From the NCBI GenBank assembly GCA_049304775.1, contig JBAQOL010000014.1, forward strand, positions 11,098 to 75,097: a stretch of DNA of 64,000 nucleotides, given 5' to 3'. Origin of the DNA: Ferribacterium limneticum. Lineage in GTDB: Bacteria > Pseudomonadota > Gammaproteobacteria > Burkholderiales > Rhodocyclaceae. Positions 9,611 through 19,971 of this stretch are shown piece after piece; within the stretch, counting starts at the first letter, position 1; each line of letters opens with the position of its first letter. The translations under genes and the position numbers were made by a program. The notes under the pieces were generated by a model that was given only the letters and a program-made list of their open reading frames with translations, did not search any database and was not told the DNA's origin.

Positions 9611-9810
9611 GTCCCGGCCCCTCCGCCAGTCTGCTCGGCTATCGTTATTTTCATGCCGTGATTATGCCAGCGACCCAGGCTTTGCGGACAGGCCGTGCCG
9701 CTTTCCGCCGGCGCCGTTCGGGCCGGAATAGCCGTTTGACACCTTATGCCAGCTTGGTTAAATTGCCTGCTCCCCCCACCCCACAAACCCATCAATACAA
9801 GGAGCTCCCC

Positions 9811-10410
9811 ATGGCCGTTCTCGTTGGCAAGCAAGCACCGGATTTCACCGCCACCGCCGTATATGGCAACAATGAAATAAAGGAACTGAAGCTCTCCTCC
9901 TTCAAGGGCAAGCCCGTCGTTCTCTTCTTCTATCCGCTCGACTTCACCTTCGTCTGCCCGTCCGAGCTGATCGCCTTCGATCATCGCCTGTGCGAATTCG
10001 AACAGCGCGGCGTCGAAGTCATCGGCGTCTCGATCGACTCGCAGTTCACCCACCTGGCCTGGAAGAACACCCCGGTCAAGGAAGGCGGCATCGGCCAGGT
10101 CGGCTACCCGCTGGTCGCCGACGTCAAGCACGACATCTGCCGCGCCTACGACGTCGAGCTCGAAGCCGCCGGCGTCGCCCTGCGCGGGTCCTTCCTGATC
10201 GACAAGAACGGCGTCGTCATGCACCAGGTCGTCAACATGCTGCCGCTCGGCCGCAACATCGACGAAATGCTGCGCATGGTTGACGCCCTGCAATTCTTCG
10301 AAGAGCACGGTGAAGTCTGCCCGGCCGGCTGGAGCAAGGGCAAACCCGGCATGACCGCGTCGACCGAAGGCGTTGCCGCCTACCTGGCCAAGAACGCCAA
10401 GAAACTGTAA
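9811..10410 (+). CDS. Typical 2-Cys peroxiredoxin (AhpC/Prx1 family)
   Basis: [12 protein letters not shown]...[14 protein letters not shown] (peroxidatic Cys) and ...HGEVCPAGW (resolving Cys). AAGGAG lies 6 nt upstream of the ATG at 9811. Confidence 0.9.
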   Translation: MAVLVGKQAPDFTATAVYGNNEIKELKLSSFKGKPVVLFFYPLDFTFVCPSELIAFDHRLCEFEQRGVEVIGVSIDSQFTHLAWKNTPVKEGGIGQVGYPLVADVKHDICRAYDVELEAAGVALRGSFLIDKNGVVMHQVVNMLPLGRNIDEMLRMVDALQFFEEHGEVCPAGWSKGKPGMTASTEGVAAYLAKNAKKL

Positions 10411-10447
10411 CGGCGCATTTGCCCACGGACTGGGCATCGGCGACAAA

Positions 10448-10480
10448 AACCCGAGCGCCAATACGCCTCGGGTTTTTTTT
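10448..10480 (+). terminator. Rho-independent terminator after the peroxiredoxin gene
   Basis: aacccgag...ctcgggtt stem followed by a T8 run. Confidence 0.7.
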
Positions 10481-10545
10481 ATTGTAGTTTCGCGCGATTA
10501 CAGGATAAAATTTGGCGAATTTGTAATTTCAGCAAAGACAAGATC

Positions 10546-11133
10546 ATGGCCGATTCCGAATATCTCAGCACCAGGCAAGCAGCCCTCCGTCTGGGTGTTT
10601 CCTTGGGCACAGTTCAGAACATGGTTGAAAGCGGCGCGCTCGAAGCGTGGAAAACCGCCGGCGGACATCGCCGCATTCCGGTTGCATCGGTTGATGCCCT
10701 GCTCGCCCGTCGGCGCAACCTGACGCCAAGCGCTCAGGAATATGGCGGCCAGATCGAAATCCTCGTCGCCGAAGACGATCTGACCCTGCAGATGCTCTAC
10801 CAGATGACCGTCGATAGCTGGAACCTGCCAGTCAAACTGCGCATCGTTGCCAACGGTTTCGATGGCCTGCTGCAAGTCGGCCAGCGTGTCCCCGACATCC
10901 TGATCGCCGACCTCATGATGCCGGGCATGGACGGCTTCGAAATGATCCGCCGCCTGCGCGCCAATACCGATCTGGCCCGCATGGACATCATCGTCGTCAG
11001 CGCCATCGACCGCGAAGAGATTCTCGAACGCGGCCTGCCATCCGACATCACCATTTTCGGCAAGCCGATTCCCTTCCACGAAATCAAGGGATTCATCCTC
11101 GGCCGCCTGGCGGCTCGCCAGCGCAGCAACTAA
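10546..11133 (+). CDS. Response regulator: excisionase-type HTH (HTH_17) fused to a receiver domain
   Basis: N-terminus LSTRQAALRLGVSLGTVQNMVESGALEAWKTAGGHRRIP. The REC domain has ILVAEDD, ILIADLMMPGMDG and FGKP. Confidence 0.8.
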   Translation: MADSEYLSTRQAALRLGVSLGTVQNMVESGALEAWKTAGGHRRIPVASVDALLARRRNLTPSAQEYGGQIEILVAEDDLTLQMLYQMTVDSWNLPVKLRIVANGFDGLLQVGQRVPDILIADLMMPGMDGFEMIRRLRANTDLARMDIIVVSAIDREEILERGLPSDITIFGKPIPFHEIKGFILGRLAARQRSN

Positions 11134-11224
11134 AAAACAAATAATGACGCCGCCTGAAAAAATCGGGCGGACGATCACATTGCACCGCAATCCCGTCCAC
11201 TAAAAAAGATTCAGGAGACACACC

Positions 11225-12742
11225 ATGGGATTTTTTGGCAACAGCAGCGCACTCGAGAAGATTGACCGCGACATCGCGGCGATCGCTGACGGCAGCGCTG
11301 ACCTTTCGTACTCGGTAGGCCATGCCGGCAGCGATGCCGCCGGGCGCATTTCCGGCAACATCAACCGCTTTTTCAGCCGTGTCCGCGGCCTCATTTCACA
11401 TGCCCGCGAGCGCAGCGTCAGCATTGCTGCCGACGCCGCCCGGATGAACAGTCAGGTGCAGCAGACCGACGACGCCGTGCGCCGCCAGGAAGCCCTCGCC
11501 GCCAATGTCTTCGAGTCGAGCAACCTGGTCAATCAGGCGGTCAGTGAAGTGGCAAGGAATTCGGACGCCATCCAGGCATCGACCCAGAACAACCTCGACC
11601 TCGCCCAGCGCTCGCTGGAGCAGATGGAAACGGTGGCCTCGACCATGCGCTCGACCAACGCGCACATTGAGCATTTTTCGGCGACGGTGGCCGAACTGCA
11701 CACCAATTCTATGAAGATCGACCAGATCGTCTCACTGATCAACGATATTTCCGACCAGACCAATCTGTTGGCGCTCAATGCCGCCATCGAAGCCGCCCGG
11801 GCCGGCGAAGCGGGCCGCGGTTTTGCCGTGGTCGCCGACGAAGTGCGAAAACTGGCGGAAAAGGTCAAGACGGCAACCCAGGTCATCGGCCAGAACACGC
11901 AGTCGATGATCAACCTCGTCTCCGACACCTCAGCCAAGACACAGACCATCGTCGGCGAAGTGACGCGGGCCAATGGCTACATCGAAACCTCGGCCGCCGA
12001 CCTGACGACCATGGTTTCCGACTTCAAGCAGACCACCGAGCAGTTGTCGTCCATTTCGACCGCAATCTACAACCTGCGCGAGAGCAATCAGACGATCCAC
12101 CACGAAGTCGAAGGCATCCGCGATCATTCGCGCGATATTTCCGGGCGCATGAAACAGTGTCTGGATAGCGCCAAGACCCTGCGCGAATCGACCGAAGACC
12201 TGCAGTGCACGCTGGCCGATTTCCGCACCGGCAACAGCATGTTCGACACCCTGCACGACAAGTGCGCCGGCTTCCGCGACAACGTCGTTGCCGTGCTGCA
12301 GAAAATGGCCGACCGTGGGGTTAATGTCTTCGATCAGGCCTACAAGGAAATTCCCGGCTCCAACCCGAAGCGCTACACGACAGCTTACGACAATCAGTGC
12401 GATGCCGAACTGACCCGCATGTACGACGACCTGCTACGTGATGTACCCGGCCTGACCTATTCGCTGTCAGTCGACACCAACGGCTACGCGCCGGCCCACA
12501 ATGGCGTCTTCTCCAATCAACCGAGCGGCGACCCGGCTGTCGACCTGGTCAAATGCCGGCACAAGCGGATATTCAACGACCCGGTCGGCCTCAAGCTGGC
12601 CAAGAACCAGAAGTCCTCACTGTTCCAGACCTACGTCCGCGACACCGGTGAAATCCTGGCCGACCTCTCGATGCCCGTCCTGGTCGGCGGCCGCCACTGG
12701 GGTGCCGTGCGCATCGGCTTCAAGACCGATCTGGTCAAATAG
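11225..12742 (+). CDS. Soluble methyl-accepting chemotaxis protein with C-terminal Cache-like sensor domain
   Basis: No TM segment. Signalling hairpin [37 protein letters not shown]-terminal ~170 aa ends in [13 protein letters not shown], as in Cache domains. Confidence 0.8.
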   Translation: MGFFGNSSALEKIDRDIAAIADGSADLSYSVGHAGSDAAGRISGNINRFFSRVRGLISHARERSVSIAADAARMNSQVQQTDDAVRRQEALAANVFESSNLVNQAVSEVARNSDAIQASTQNNLDLAQRSLEQMETVASTMRSTNAHIEHFSATVAELHTNSMKIDQIVSLINDISDQTNLLALNAAIEAARAGEAGRGFAVVADEVRKLAEKVKTATQVIGQNTQSMINLVSDTSAKTQTIVGEVTRANGYIETSAADLTTMVSDFKQTTEQLSSISTAIYNLRESNQTIHHEVEGIRDHSRDISGRMKQCLDSAKTLRESTEDLQCTLADFRTGNSMFDTLHDKCAGFRDNVVAVLQKMADRGVNVFDQAYKEIPGSNPKRYTTAYDNQCDAELTRMYDDLLRDVPGLTYSLSVDTNGYAPAHNGVFSNQPSGDPAVDLVKCRHKRIFNDPVGLKLAKNQKSSLFQTYVRDTGEILADLSMPVLVGGRHWGAVRIGFKTDLVK

Positions 12743-12820
12743 AACCCTTCGCCGGAACCCGCGAGAAACAAGGGAACCCGCCGTGTGGCCAGACCACCGA
12801 CTTTTGCCCGCCGGGTGAAT

Positions 12821-12852
12821 AAAAAAGCCTCTTGCACGCAAGAGGCTTTTTT
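12821..12852. terminator. Bidirectional rho-independent terminator
   Basis: aaaaaAGCCTCTTGCacGCAAGAGGCTtttttt lies between convergent genes ending at 12742 (+) and 12900 (-). Confidence 0.8.
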
Positions 12853-12899
12853 CTGACTAATGATGCCATCCAGTCAGATGGCGTCATCAGACCGATGCT

Positions 12900-13595
12900 T
12901 CAGACGCCCATCCGACGGCGGCGGACCATGGCGCCAATCACGCCCAAGCCAGCGAGCAACATGGCGAAGGATTGGGGTTCCGGAACAGCCGTCACGTTGA
13001 TATCGAGGAGCACACTCTTCTTCTCGATAAACGCGTAACCGCTGTTAGGAACATAGGCACCGAGGATGTTTTCGATGCTGACCACGGCCTGGTCGGTGGC
13101 CAACTGACCGACGCTCGCCAAGGCGGTCCAGTTCGTCGTAGCAAGATTGGCGAACGAACTGCTGGTGACATTCAGCGGAGCAGTCGAGGCGATGCTGTTA
13201 GTCAAATTCACGTTGGCATTGACCAGATCCTGAACGCGCAACTGTCCAAGAACGGCCACTTCGCTACCGGTACCAATTTGGAAGTAATCACCCTTTTCGA
13301 CCAGGTTAAAACCAGTCAGCTGGTAACCAGCATCAGCGGTAATGGTCAGCGCAACGGTGGAATTGGTGAAGTCAAAGCCAGAGCTGGTTTGGGCGGAAAA
13401 ACCCGGAGTTCCACTCGGCGTAAATGCCAGATCACCCGAAGCGGTTAGCGTCGGAGTACCGAACAGGCCGAGAAGCGAGTCGTCAAAGCTGATGGTGTAG
13501 TTGCCGGCGTCCAGCGTCTGCGTTGCAGCCAGCGCACTGGTTGAGATCAAGGCCGTGGCGATTAGCGCGGCCAGCGGTTTGAGTTGATTGAACAT
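12900..13595 (-). CDS. PEP-CTERM sorting-domain secreted protein
   Basis: Signal peptide MFNQLKPLAALIATALISTSALA. C-terminus VPEPQSFAMLLAGLGVIGAMVRRRR. AGGAG lies 5 nt before the ATG at 13595. Confidence 0.85.
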   Translation of the reverse strand: MFNQLKPLAALIATALISTSALAATQTLDAGNYTISFDDSLLGLFGTPTLTASGDLAFTPSGTPGFSAQTSSGFDFTNSTVALTITADAGYQLTGFNLVEKGDYFQIGTGSEVAVLGQLRVQDLVNANVNLTNSIASTAPLNVTSSSFANLATTNWTALASVGQLATDQAVVSIENILGAYVPNSGYAFIEKKSVLLDINVTAVPEPQSFAMLLAGLGVIGAMVRRRRMGV

Positions 13596-13659
13596 TAGCA
13601 CTCCTGCACAGGACTAGTGGTTAAAGACATGTTCGCAAAGACAATGCAAACGGAATGTC

Positions 13660-13687
13660 ATACTAGCAGCAAAAATTCCAACGTCAA
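13660..13687 (-). promoter_or_regulatory. Putative sigma70 promoter for the PEP-CTERM gene
   Basis: On the minus strand: TTGACG, 16 nt, TAGTAT, in an AT-rich 265-bp intergenic region. Prediction by eye only. Confidence 0.3.
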
Positions 13688-13866
13688 TATTATTTTTGCA
13701 TAGCAATATGTCGCCACATAGCGACAATTACTTAATTTAATTGATTATTTTTAAAAATTGCGAAATATATGCTGCGTTGCAATATTTTTTATATATGACG
13801 ATGTCAGTGACCAACATTACAGTTCAACTAGTCCGCCGAGGAACTGGAAACCCAGGACAAGGCGAC

Positions 13867-14337
13867 TCAGGCGAACTGCGCCAGCAACTCTTTCAGGTAG
13901 TCGTCGGCGGTAGGTGTCCCCTCGGCCGGGGCCCAGGGAGCGCGTTCTGATTCGGCAATCGGCACGTAGGGACCGGCTTTGGCCTCGAAAAAGACGGTGC
14001 CCGGCTCCAGCGCAAGAACCGTATGGAAAACGCCATGCGGAATGTCGATGCCAATCGCCTCGCCGCCGGCCTGCAGCACGATGCTACGGTCAACGGCATT
14101 TTCGGCCCGAAAAATGACAATTCCGAGTCGCCCACTGACGACAAGCAATGTCTCATCCTTGTCGGGATCGAGGTGTCGGTGTGGAGCGACATACGATCCG
14201 GGCTCGATGGCAATCAGCAAACGGTGGGCCGGATAGGCATCCCCCGGATGAAAGTTGCGATTTTTGCGCAAGCGAGGCGCCTGTTCGGCTTCGGCAGTCA
14301 GGCTGGCGAGCAGAGCCCGGTCAATCAGCGTCGTCAC
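13867..14337 (-). CDS. WbuC-family cupin fold protein
   Basis: 156 aa with cupin His motifs (APHRHLDPDKDETLLVVSG, IPHGVFH). GTG start overlaps the dnaE stop (GTGA). Confidence 0.7.
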   Translation of the reverse strand: MTTLIDRALLASLTAEAEQAPRLRKNRNFHPGDAYPAHRLLIAIEPGSYVAPHRHLDPDKDETLLVVSGRLGIVIFRAENAVDRSIVLQAGGEAIGIDIPHGVFHTVLALEPGTVFFEAKAGPYVPIAESERAPWAPAEGTPTADDYLKELLAQFA

Positions 14338-17300
14338 GAATAGATAATTTCGACGTTTTCCGGTTGTAGCCAGCCCGACAAGGCTTCGAGCAGGGCGTCG
14401 TCAAGACGGACGCGCAGGGCGTTGCCAAGTTGCAGTTCGCACTCGGCGTCGGCATTGCGGTAGCGGACGCGCACGGCAGCGGTGCCGGGCGAGAAAGGCG
14501 TCAGCAATGACTTCAACTTGTGCGCGTCGGAATTGCCGTTCATTTTGAGCAGCAGATGTCGCGCGAAACGGGCACGCGCTTCGCCGAGCGTCATGAGCTT
14601 GTCGGCGGTCACGCTGTTGCCGCCGGAAAAATCGTCGTAGCGGACCTTGCCTTCGATGATCAGCACTTCGTCGGTGACTATCTTTGTGCGTTCGGCTTCA
14701 AAAAGTTCGTTGAAGACGGTGACTTCGATCATCCCGGTGCCATCGTCCAGTTGCACAAACAACATCTTGCCGCGCCGGGTCATCTGGGTGCGCACGCCGA
14801 CCACGACACCAGCCAGCGTGGTCAGCTCCTTGGACGGCTCCAGCCGGTTGAGCGGCCGACGGACGAAGCGCGACAACTCTTTCTTGCAGGTGTTGTAGGG
14901 ATGGCCAGAGAAGAAGAAGCCGAGCGCCGTCTTCTCTTCCATCAACTGCGTTTTTTCGTCCCACGGGCGAACGTTTACGTATTCCGGCGCATGTTCGTCG
15001 GCCACGTCGCCAACGTCAAACAAGCTGGTCTGCATGGCATTGCGTTCCAGCTGCTCGGCAAAATCCATGGCGATGCCGACGGTGGCCAGCAGCTTGCAGC
15101 GATCGGCACCCTTGCCCGGCGCGACCAGCGGCCCGATGGCGTCAAAGGCGCCGGCCTTGATCAGCGCCTCGGTGGTCCGCCGATTGACCATGCGCTTGTC
15201 GCAGCGCTGGCAGAAATCGAACAGATCCTTGAACGGGCCACCGGTCTCGCGGGCTTTGAGGATCACGTTCACCGCCTGCTCGCCGGTGCCCTTGACGGCG
15301 CCCAGACCGTAGCGGATGGTGCCGCGGTCGACCGGCTCGAAACGGTAATTCGAGACATTGACGTCCGGCCCGAGCACCTTGATCTTGTTGGCGATGGTGT
15401 CTTCATAAAAGATCTTCACCGAGTCGGTGTTGTCGAGATCGGAAGACATCGTCGCCGCCATGAAGGCCGCGCAGTGGTGGGCCTTGAGCCAGGCGGTGTG
15501 GTAGGTGACGACGGCGTAGGCGGCGGTGTGCGACTTGTTGAAGCCGTATTCCGCGAACTTGGTCATCAGGTCGAACAACTGCTCGGCGAGCGCCGGGTCG
15601 TAACCCTTCTGCTTGGCGCCGGCCGCGATGGTCTCGCGGTGCAGCGCCATTTCCTCGGCCTTCTTCTTGCCCATCGCGCGGCGCAGCATGTCGGCGCCAC
15701 CGAGCGTGTAGCCGCCGATGATCTGCGAAATCTGCATGACCTGTTCCTGATACACGATGACGCCGTAGGTCGGCGACAGGCAGGCGGTCAGGTCGGGGTG
15801 GAAATAGTCGATCTTCTGCTGGCCCTTTTTGCGCAGGATGAAGTCATCGACCATACCGGAACCAAGCGGGCCGGGACGATAGAGCGCGAGCACAGCGATG
15901 ATGTCTTCGAAACGGTCAGGCGCCAGTTTCTTGAGCAGCTTCTTCATGCCCTCCGATTCAACCTGGAAGATCGCCGTCGTGTTGGCATCCTTGAGAATCT
16001 GGTAGGCGGCGGGATCGGTGAAGCCGAGCGACATCAAATCGAGCTTCTCGCCGGTCATCCGGCGGATGTACTCGACGGCCAGCTCGATAATCGTCAAGTT
16101 GCGCAGGCCCAGAAAGTCGAACTTGACGAGGCCGACCTTCTCGACGTCGTCCTTGTCGAATTGCGAGACGGTCGAGGCATCGCTGCCCGTGGCCTGATAG
16201 ATCGGGCAGAAATCGGTGATCTTGCCCGGCGCGATGAGCACGCCGCCGGCGTGCATGCCGACGTTGCGCGTCAAATCCTCAAGCCGGCTGGCCAGGTCGA
16301 ACAGCTCGCGGACGGTTTCGCCATCGCCGTCGCCCTGCATCATTTCCTTGAGCTGCGGCTCCTGCTCCAGCGCCTCGGCCAGCGACACCGGCTTGTTCTG
16401 GACGATGGGGATGAGCTTGGAAATCCGGTCGCACATCGAATAGGGCAGGCCGAAGACGCGGCCGACGTCGCGGATCACCGCCTTCGACGACATCGTACCG
16501 AAGGTAGCAATCTGGCTCACCGCGTCGGCGCCGTAGTGCTGGCGCACGTACTCGATGACGCGCCAGCGGTTGTCCTGGCAGAAGTCGATGTCAAAGTCGG
16601 GCATCGACACCCGTTCCGGATTGAGGAAGCGCTCGAACAGCAGGGCGTAGGCCAGCGGGTCGAGGTCGGTAATGCGCAGGCTGTAAGCGACCAGCGAACC
16701 GGCGCCGGAACCCCGGCCTGGCCCGACCGGCACGCCGTTGTTCTTGGCCCAGTTGATGAAGTCGGCCACGATCAGGAAGTAGCCGGGGAAGCCCATCTGG
16801 AGAATGGTCTTGCACTCGAAGATAAGGCGCTCGTCGTATTCCGGCCGGCGCTGGGCGCGCACTTCCGGGTCCGGGTACAACTCGGCAAGGCGAACCTCCA
16901 GCCCTTTCTCCGCCTCATCGACCAGATATTCGCCAATAGTCATGCCCGGCGGAATCGGGAAATCGGGCAGGAAGTTCTTGCCCAGCGTCATCGTGATATT
17001 GCAGCGCCGGGCGATTTCCAGCGAGTTCTCAAGCGCTTCCGGCAGGTCGGCAAACAACTCGACCATGTCGGCCTGCGTCTTGAAATACTGCTCCTCGGTG
17101 TACAGCTTCGGCCGCCGCGTATCGCCCAGCACATAGCCTTCGGCGATGCAGACGCGGGCTTCGTGGGCGCGGAAGTCGTCGCGGTTGAGGAACTGGATCG
17201 GATGCGTGGCGACCAGCGGAATCCCCGTCTCGCCGGCCAGATCGGCCGTCTGCTGAACGATGGCTTCCTGCTGCGATTGACCGTAGCGCTGCACTTCCAG

Positions 17301-17813
17301 ATAAAACGCGCCGGGGAAAATCGCCTCCCAGGCCTTGGCCCGCTCGCCGGCCAGATCGAAATTGCCGTTCAACAGCGCTTCGCCGACATCGCCGAGATGC
17401 CCTCCGGACAAGGCGATCAGCCCGTCGCAGCCAACCTCGCCAAACCAGTCGCGATTGAGCTCGGCCCGGTCACGCCGGCCTTCGACCAGATAAGCCTTGC
17501 TCAGCAACTGGCACAACTGCTTGTAACCGGCGTTGTTGCGCGCCAGCAGCAGCAGGCGATAAGCATCGTCCGGCGATTCCGGATTGGCGATCCAGACATC
17601 CGCTCCGGCAATCGGCTTGACCCCCTTGCCGCGCGCCCCGGAATAAAACTTGACCAACCCGAACAGATTGCCCAGATCGGTCAGCGCCATGGCCGGCATG
17701 CCATCCCCCGCCGCGCGCTTGACGGCATCACCGATGCGCACGATGCCATCGGTGACGGAGTATTCGGAATGGAGGCGGAGGTGGACGTAGCGCGGCGAAT
17801 TCATGGGCGACAT
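14334..17813 (-). CDS. dnaE: DNA polymerase III alpha subunit
   Basis: 1159 aa. N-terminal PHP domain (YVHLRLHSEYSVTDG), GPGRGSGAGSLVAY, and a C-terminal OB fold. An alternative start lies at 17804. Confidence 0.95.
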   Translation of the reverse strand: MSPMNSPRYVHLRLHSEYSVTDGIVRIGDAVKRAAGDGMPAMALTDLGNLFGLVKFYSGARGKGVKPIAGADVWIANPESPDDAYRLLLLARNNAGYKQLCQLLSKAYLVEGRRDRAELNRDWFGEVGCDGLIALSGGHLGDVGEALLNGNFDLAGERAKAWEAIFPGAFYLEVQRYGQSQQEAIVQQTADLAGETGIPLVATHPIQFLNRDDFRAHEARVCIAEGYVLGDTRRPKLYTEEQYFKTQADMVELFADLPEALENSLEIARRCNITMTLGKNFLPDFPIPPGMTIGEYLVDEAEKGLEVRLAELYPDPEVRAQRRPEYDERLIFECKTILQMGFPGYFLIVADFINWAKNNGVPVGPGRGSGAGSLVAYSLRITDLDPLAYALLFERFLNPERVSMPDFDIDFCQDNRWRVIEYVRQHYGADAVSQIATFGTMSSKAVIRDVGRVFGLPYSMCDRISKLIPIVQNKPVSLAEALEQEPQLKEMMQGDGDGETVRELFDLASRLEDLTRNVGMHAGGVLIAPGKITDFCPIYQATGSDASTVSQFDKDDVEKVGLVKFDFLGLRNLTIIELAVEYIRRMTGEKLDLMSLGFTDPAAYQILKDANTTAIFQVESEGMKKLLKKLAPDRFEDIIAVLALYRPGPLGSGMVDDFILRKKGQQKIDYFHPDLTACLSPTYGVIVYQEQVMQISQIIGGYTLGGADMLRRAMGKKKAEEMALHRETIAAGAKQKGYDPALAEQLFDLMTKFAEYGFNKSHTAAYAVVTYHTAWLKAHHCAAFMAATMSSDLDNTDSVKIFYEDTIANKIKVLGPDVNVSNYRFEPVDRGTIRYGLGAVKGTGEQAVNVILKARETGGPFKDLFDFCQRCDKRMVNRRTTEALIKAGAFDAIGPLVAPGKGADRCKLLATVGIAMDFAEQLERNAMQTSLFDVGDVADEHAPEYVNVRPWDEKTQLMEEKTALGFFFSGHPYNTCKKELSRFVRRPLNRLEPSKELTTLAGVVVGVRTQMTRRGKMLFVQLDDGTGMIEVTVFNELFEAERTKIVTDEVLIIEGKVRYDDFSGGNSVTADKLMTLGEARARFARHLLLKMNGNSDAHKLKSLLTPFSPGTAAVRVRYRNADAECELQLGNALRVRLDDALLEALSGWLQPENVEIIYS

Positions 17814-17863
17814 TTTACCGCGGCCGGCCGGGGCATTTCTGTTTAAGTACGCCGAGGCGCGTT

Positions 17864-17901
17864 GCTATGGTCAACCGGAAAAAACGGGTAAATTTGAAAT
17901 C
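17864..17901 (+). repeat. Dispersed ~40-bp repeat, copy 3
   Basis: GCTATGGTCAACCGGAAAAAACGGGTAAATTTGAAATC, just upstream of dnaE. Confidence 0.85.
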
Positions 17902-17972
17902 AAGGAGTGCTGCACTTCATTCTTGAGATCGCCAAGCGATCAAAGAGCCAATGCTCTATTTATTGCAGAGTG

Positions 17973-17998
17973 CCAAAAAAAGGGCCCGAAGGCCCTTT
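17973..17998 (-). terminator. Rho-independent terminator of the PEP-CTERM gene 18028-18717
   Basis: The minus strand reads aagggccttcgggccctt followed by T8. Confidence 0.7.
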
Positions 17999-18027
17999 GC
18001 TACAAGCGATGGCTTGATAGCCGAAAA

Positions 18028-18717
18028 TCAATCCTGGCGGCGACGTCGGGCCATGCTGCCAACTACGGCCAGACCGGCGAGCAGCATTGCGTAGCTTTCG
18101 GGTTCCGGTACCGGTGCTGCCACAAAGCCGAAGCTAAGAGTGTTTTGGGGTTGGGCTGCGATGGTGGCAAACCCGCCCAATGGCCCACCATCAGTCAGCA
18201 GATGCAGCGTACCGCCCGTAACTAACAGCGTGGAGAAAGAACCCAAGGGGACAGTAGCAGCCCCACTAAAGTAGCCAACGGTTAATTCTGGTGCTGAAAT
18301 TGTTACCGTCCTGTCCAACCCGCCGCCAAACGCAATGCTCGGGGCGCCATCCACTGAAACCGAACCGCCAGCGGTCACACCAGTTAGTCCTCCAGCTTCA
18401 ACGAAAATGAGGTTACCGATGCTGGCAGTAAAGGCGCCGCTCAGGCTCCAGCCTGCCTTGGCAGAGATCGTGAAGTCAGGCAGTTGGAAAAGTGTAATTG
18501 GCAGACCAGAACTGCTGGCGTTCACACTATCGGGAATAGACCAGCCAAATCCCACAGAGCCAGCACCGCCGCTGGAATTAAAAGTCGGCCCACCAAAAAT
18601 GGTGCTGTCGTCGTAACTCACGGTGTATGAGCCGTAGTCAGCAGTCTGGATTGCAGCGTGGGCAGATGCCACGGTGGCAAGTGTGGCAATGGCCAAAACA
18701 AGTGATCGAATCTTCAT
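18028..18717 (-). CDS. PEP-CTERM sorting-domain secreted protein (paralogue of 12900-13595)
   Basis: Signal peptide ...ATVASAHA. C-terminus VPEPESYAMLLAGLAVVGSMARRRR. Shares the mature N-terminal pattern Q-T-x-D-x-G-x-Y-T-x-S-x-DDS with the first PEP-CTERM protein. GGAGGA SD. Confidence 0.85.
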   Translation of the reverse strand: MKIRSLVLAIATLATVASAHAAIQTADYGSYTVSYDDSTIFGGPTFNSSGGAGSVGFGWSIPDSVNASSSGLPITLFQLPDFTISAKAGWSLSGAFTASIGNLIFVEAGGLTGVTAGGSVSVDGAPSIAFGGGLDRTVTISAPELTVGYFSGAATVPLGSFSTLLVTGGTLHLLTDGGPLGGFATIAAQPQNTLSFGFVAAPVPEPESYAMLLAGLAVVGSMARRRRQD

Positions 18718-18970
18718 GCAAGCTCCTCCGAGTAAAATATTTAGGCAGCATGCAATATCCGTGCCGCATAGCTCATTGGTATTTTGTTACATGAAATTCA
18801 TATAGTTGCAATGCGATTATCATCTTCCCTGCACGGGATGCCGGCTCAATGTAAAGATATCCGACATGAATCTGCCCTGAAATGGTGCCGAATAGGCCTA
18901 AAAATCGGGACAGATCACGGCATCCCAGCGCGACGCCGTAAGCCCGCATCGTTTGGCTGCTCACAAGCCA

Positions 18971-19007
18971 ATTTCATTCTTGGCCGTTTTTTCTGGTTGA
19001 CCGTAGC
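18971..19007 (-). repeat. Dispersed ~40-bp repeat, copy 4 (reverse orientation)
   Basis: atttcattcttggccgttttttctggttgaccgtagc is the reverse complement of the consensus. Confidence 0.85.
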
Positions 19008-19182
19008 AACGGCTGATTTCTCGAGAAATCAGCGCCTATCCTGGCGCGCATCGGCCACCCGTTGCTCGCGTCTCCATGATTTCAGAACACCCCGTCGTCA
19101 GGCGCTCCGCTATGGAATGGGGCTCTCCTGCGGGGGTAAAATCAGCAAGCGTTAATAATCCCAACAAATATTGGAGACACTG

Positions 19183-19971
19183 ATGACCACCACCGAACCC
19201 CTCGTCCTGCGTACCGACCGCGCCGACGGCCTGACCACGCTGACCCTCAACCGTCCCGGCCAGTTCAATTCGCTGTCGAAGGACATGCTGAGCGCCCTGC
19301 AGGCTGAACTGGATGCCATCGCCGGATCGAACGGCGTGCGCGTCGTCGTCATCGCCGGGGCCGGCAAGGCTTTTTGCGCCGGCCACGATCTCAAGGAAAT
19401 GCGCGGCAATCACAGCAAGGAGTTCATGCAGGCGCTGTTCAAGCAGTGCGGCCAGCTCATGTTGACGATCACGCAGATGCCGCAGCCGGTCATCGCCCGC
19501 GTGCATGGCATCGCCACGGCGGCCGGCTGTCAGCTGGTGTCGATGTGCGATCTGGCGGTGGCGGCCGATGTTGCCAAGTTTGCCGTGTCGGGCATCAACG
19601 TCGGGCTGTTCTGTTCGACGCCGGCTGTCGGCCTGGCCCGCAACCTGGGCCGCAAGGCGGCGCTCGAAATGCTGCTCACCGGCGAGTTCATCGACGCCAT
19701 GGAAGCCCGCGCCAAGGGCCTGGTCAATCGCGTCGTGCCGCTCGATGCGCTGGATGCCGAAATCGAACGCTTGGCCGGCAACATCCTAGCCAAGAGCGCC
19801 GTCGCCATCCGCATGGGCAAGGGCATGTTCTACAAGCAGCTCGAAATGGGCCTGAGCGAGGCCTACGACTACGCTGGCGAAGTGATGGCCTGCAACATGA
19901 TGAGCGAAGATGCCGGCGAGGGCATCGACGCTTTCATGCAGAAGCGCAAGCCGGAATACAAAGGCTGCTGA
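19183..19971 (+). CDS. Enoyl-CoA hydratase/isomerase (crotonase) family protein
   Basis: VVVIAGAGKAFCAGHDLKEM and ATAAGCQLV are crotonase motifs. Start chosen at ATG 19183, 5 nt after GGAGA. Confidence 0.85.
   Translation: MTTTEPLVLRTDRADGLTTLTLNRPGQFNSLSKDMLSALQAELDAIAGSNGVRVVVIAGAGKAFCAGHDLKEMRGNHSKEFMQALFKQCGQLMLTITQMPQPVIARVHGIATAAGCQLVSMCDLAVAADVAKFAVSGINVGLFCSTPAVGLARNLGRKAALEMLLTGEFIDAMEARAKGLVNRVVPLDALDAEIERLAGNILAKSAVAIRMGKGMFYKQLEMGLSEAYDYAGEVMACNMMSEDAGEGIDAFMQKRKPEYKGC

Noticed and set aside
13690-13710. Possible sigma54 promoter (minus strand TGGCGACATATTGCT) upstream of the first PEP-CTERM gene
   Set aside because: The GG-to-GC spacing is one nucleotide shorter than the -24/-12 consensus, and position 5-6 differs (GA instead of AC). 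It is not convincing without a scoring tool.
14084-14100. Sequence gatgctacggtcaacgg resembling the start of the dispersed repeat inside the WbuC cupin gene
   Set aside because: Only the first ~14 nt match and the rest of the consensus (CCGGAAAAAA..GGCCAAAATTGAAATC) is absent. It is probably chance or a very old fragment.
14520-17846. 1108-aa ORF antisense to dnaE
   Set aside because: The dnaE frame carries clear Pol III alpha motifs. The antisense product is low-complexity (R/G/A/D/L-rich) with no start context.
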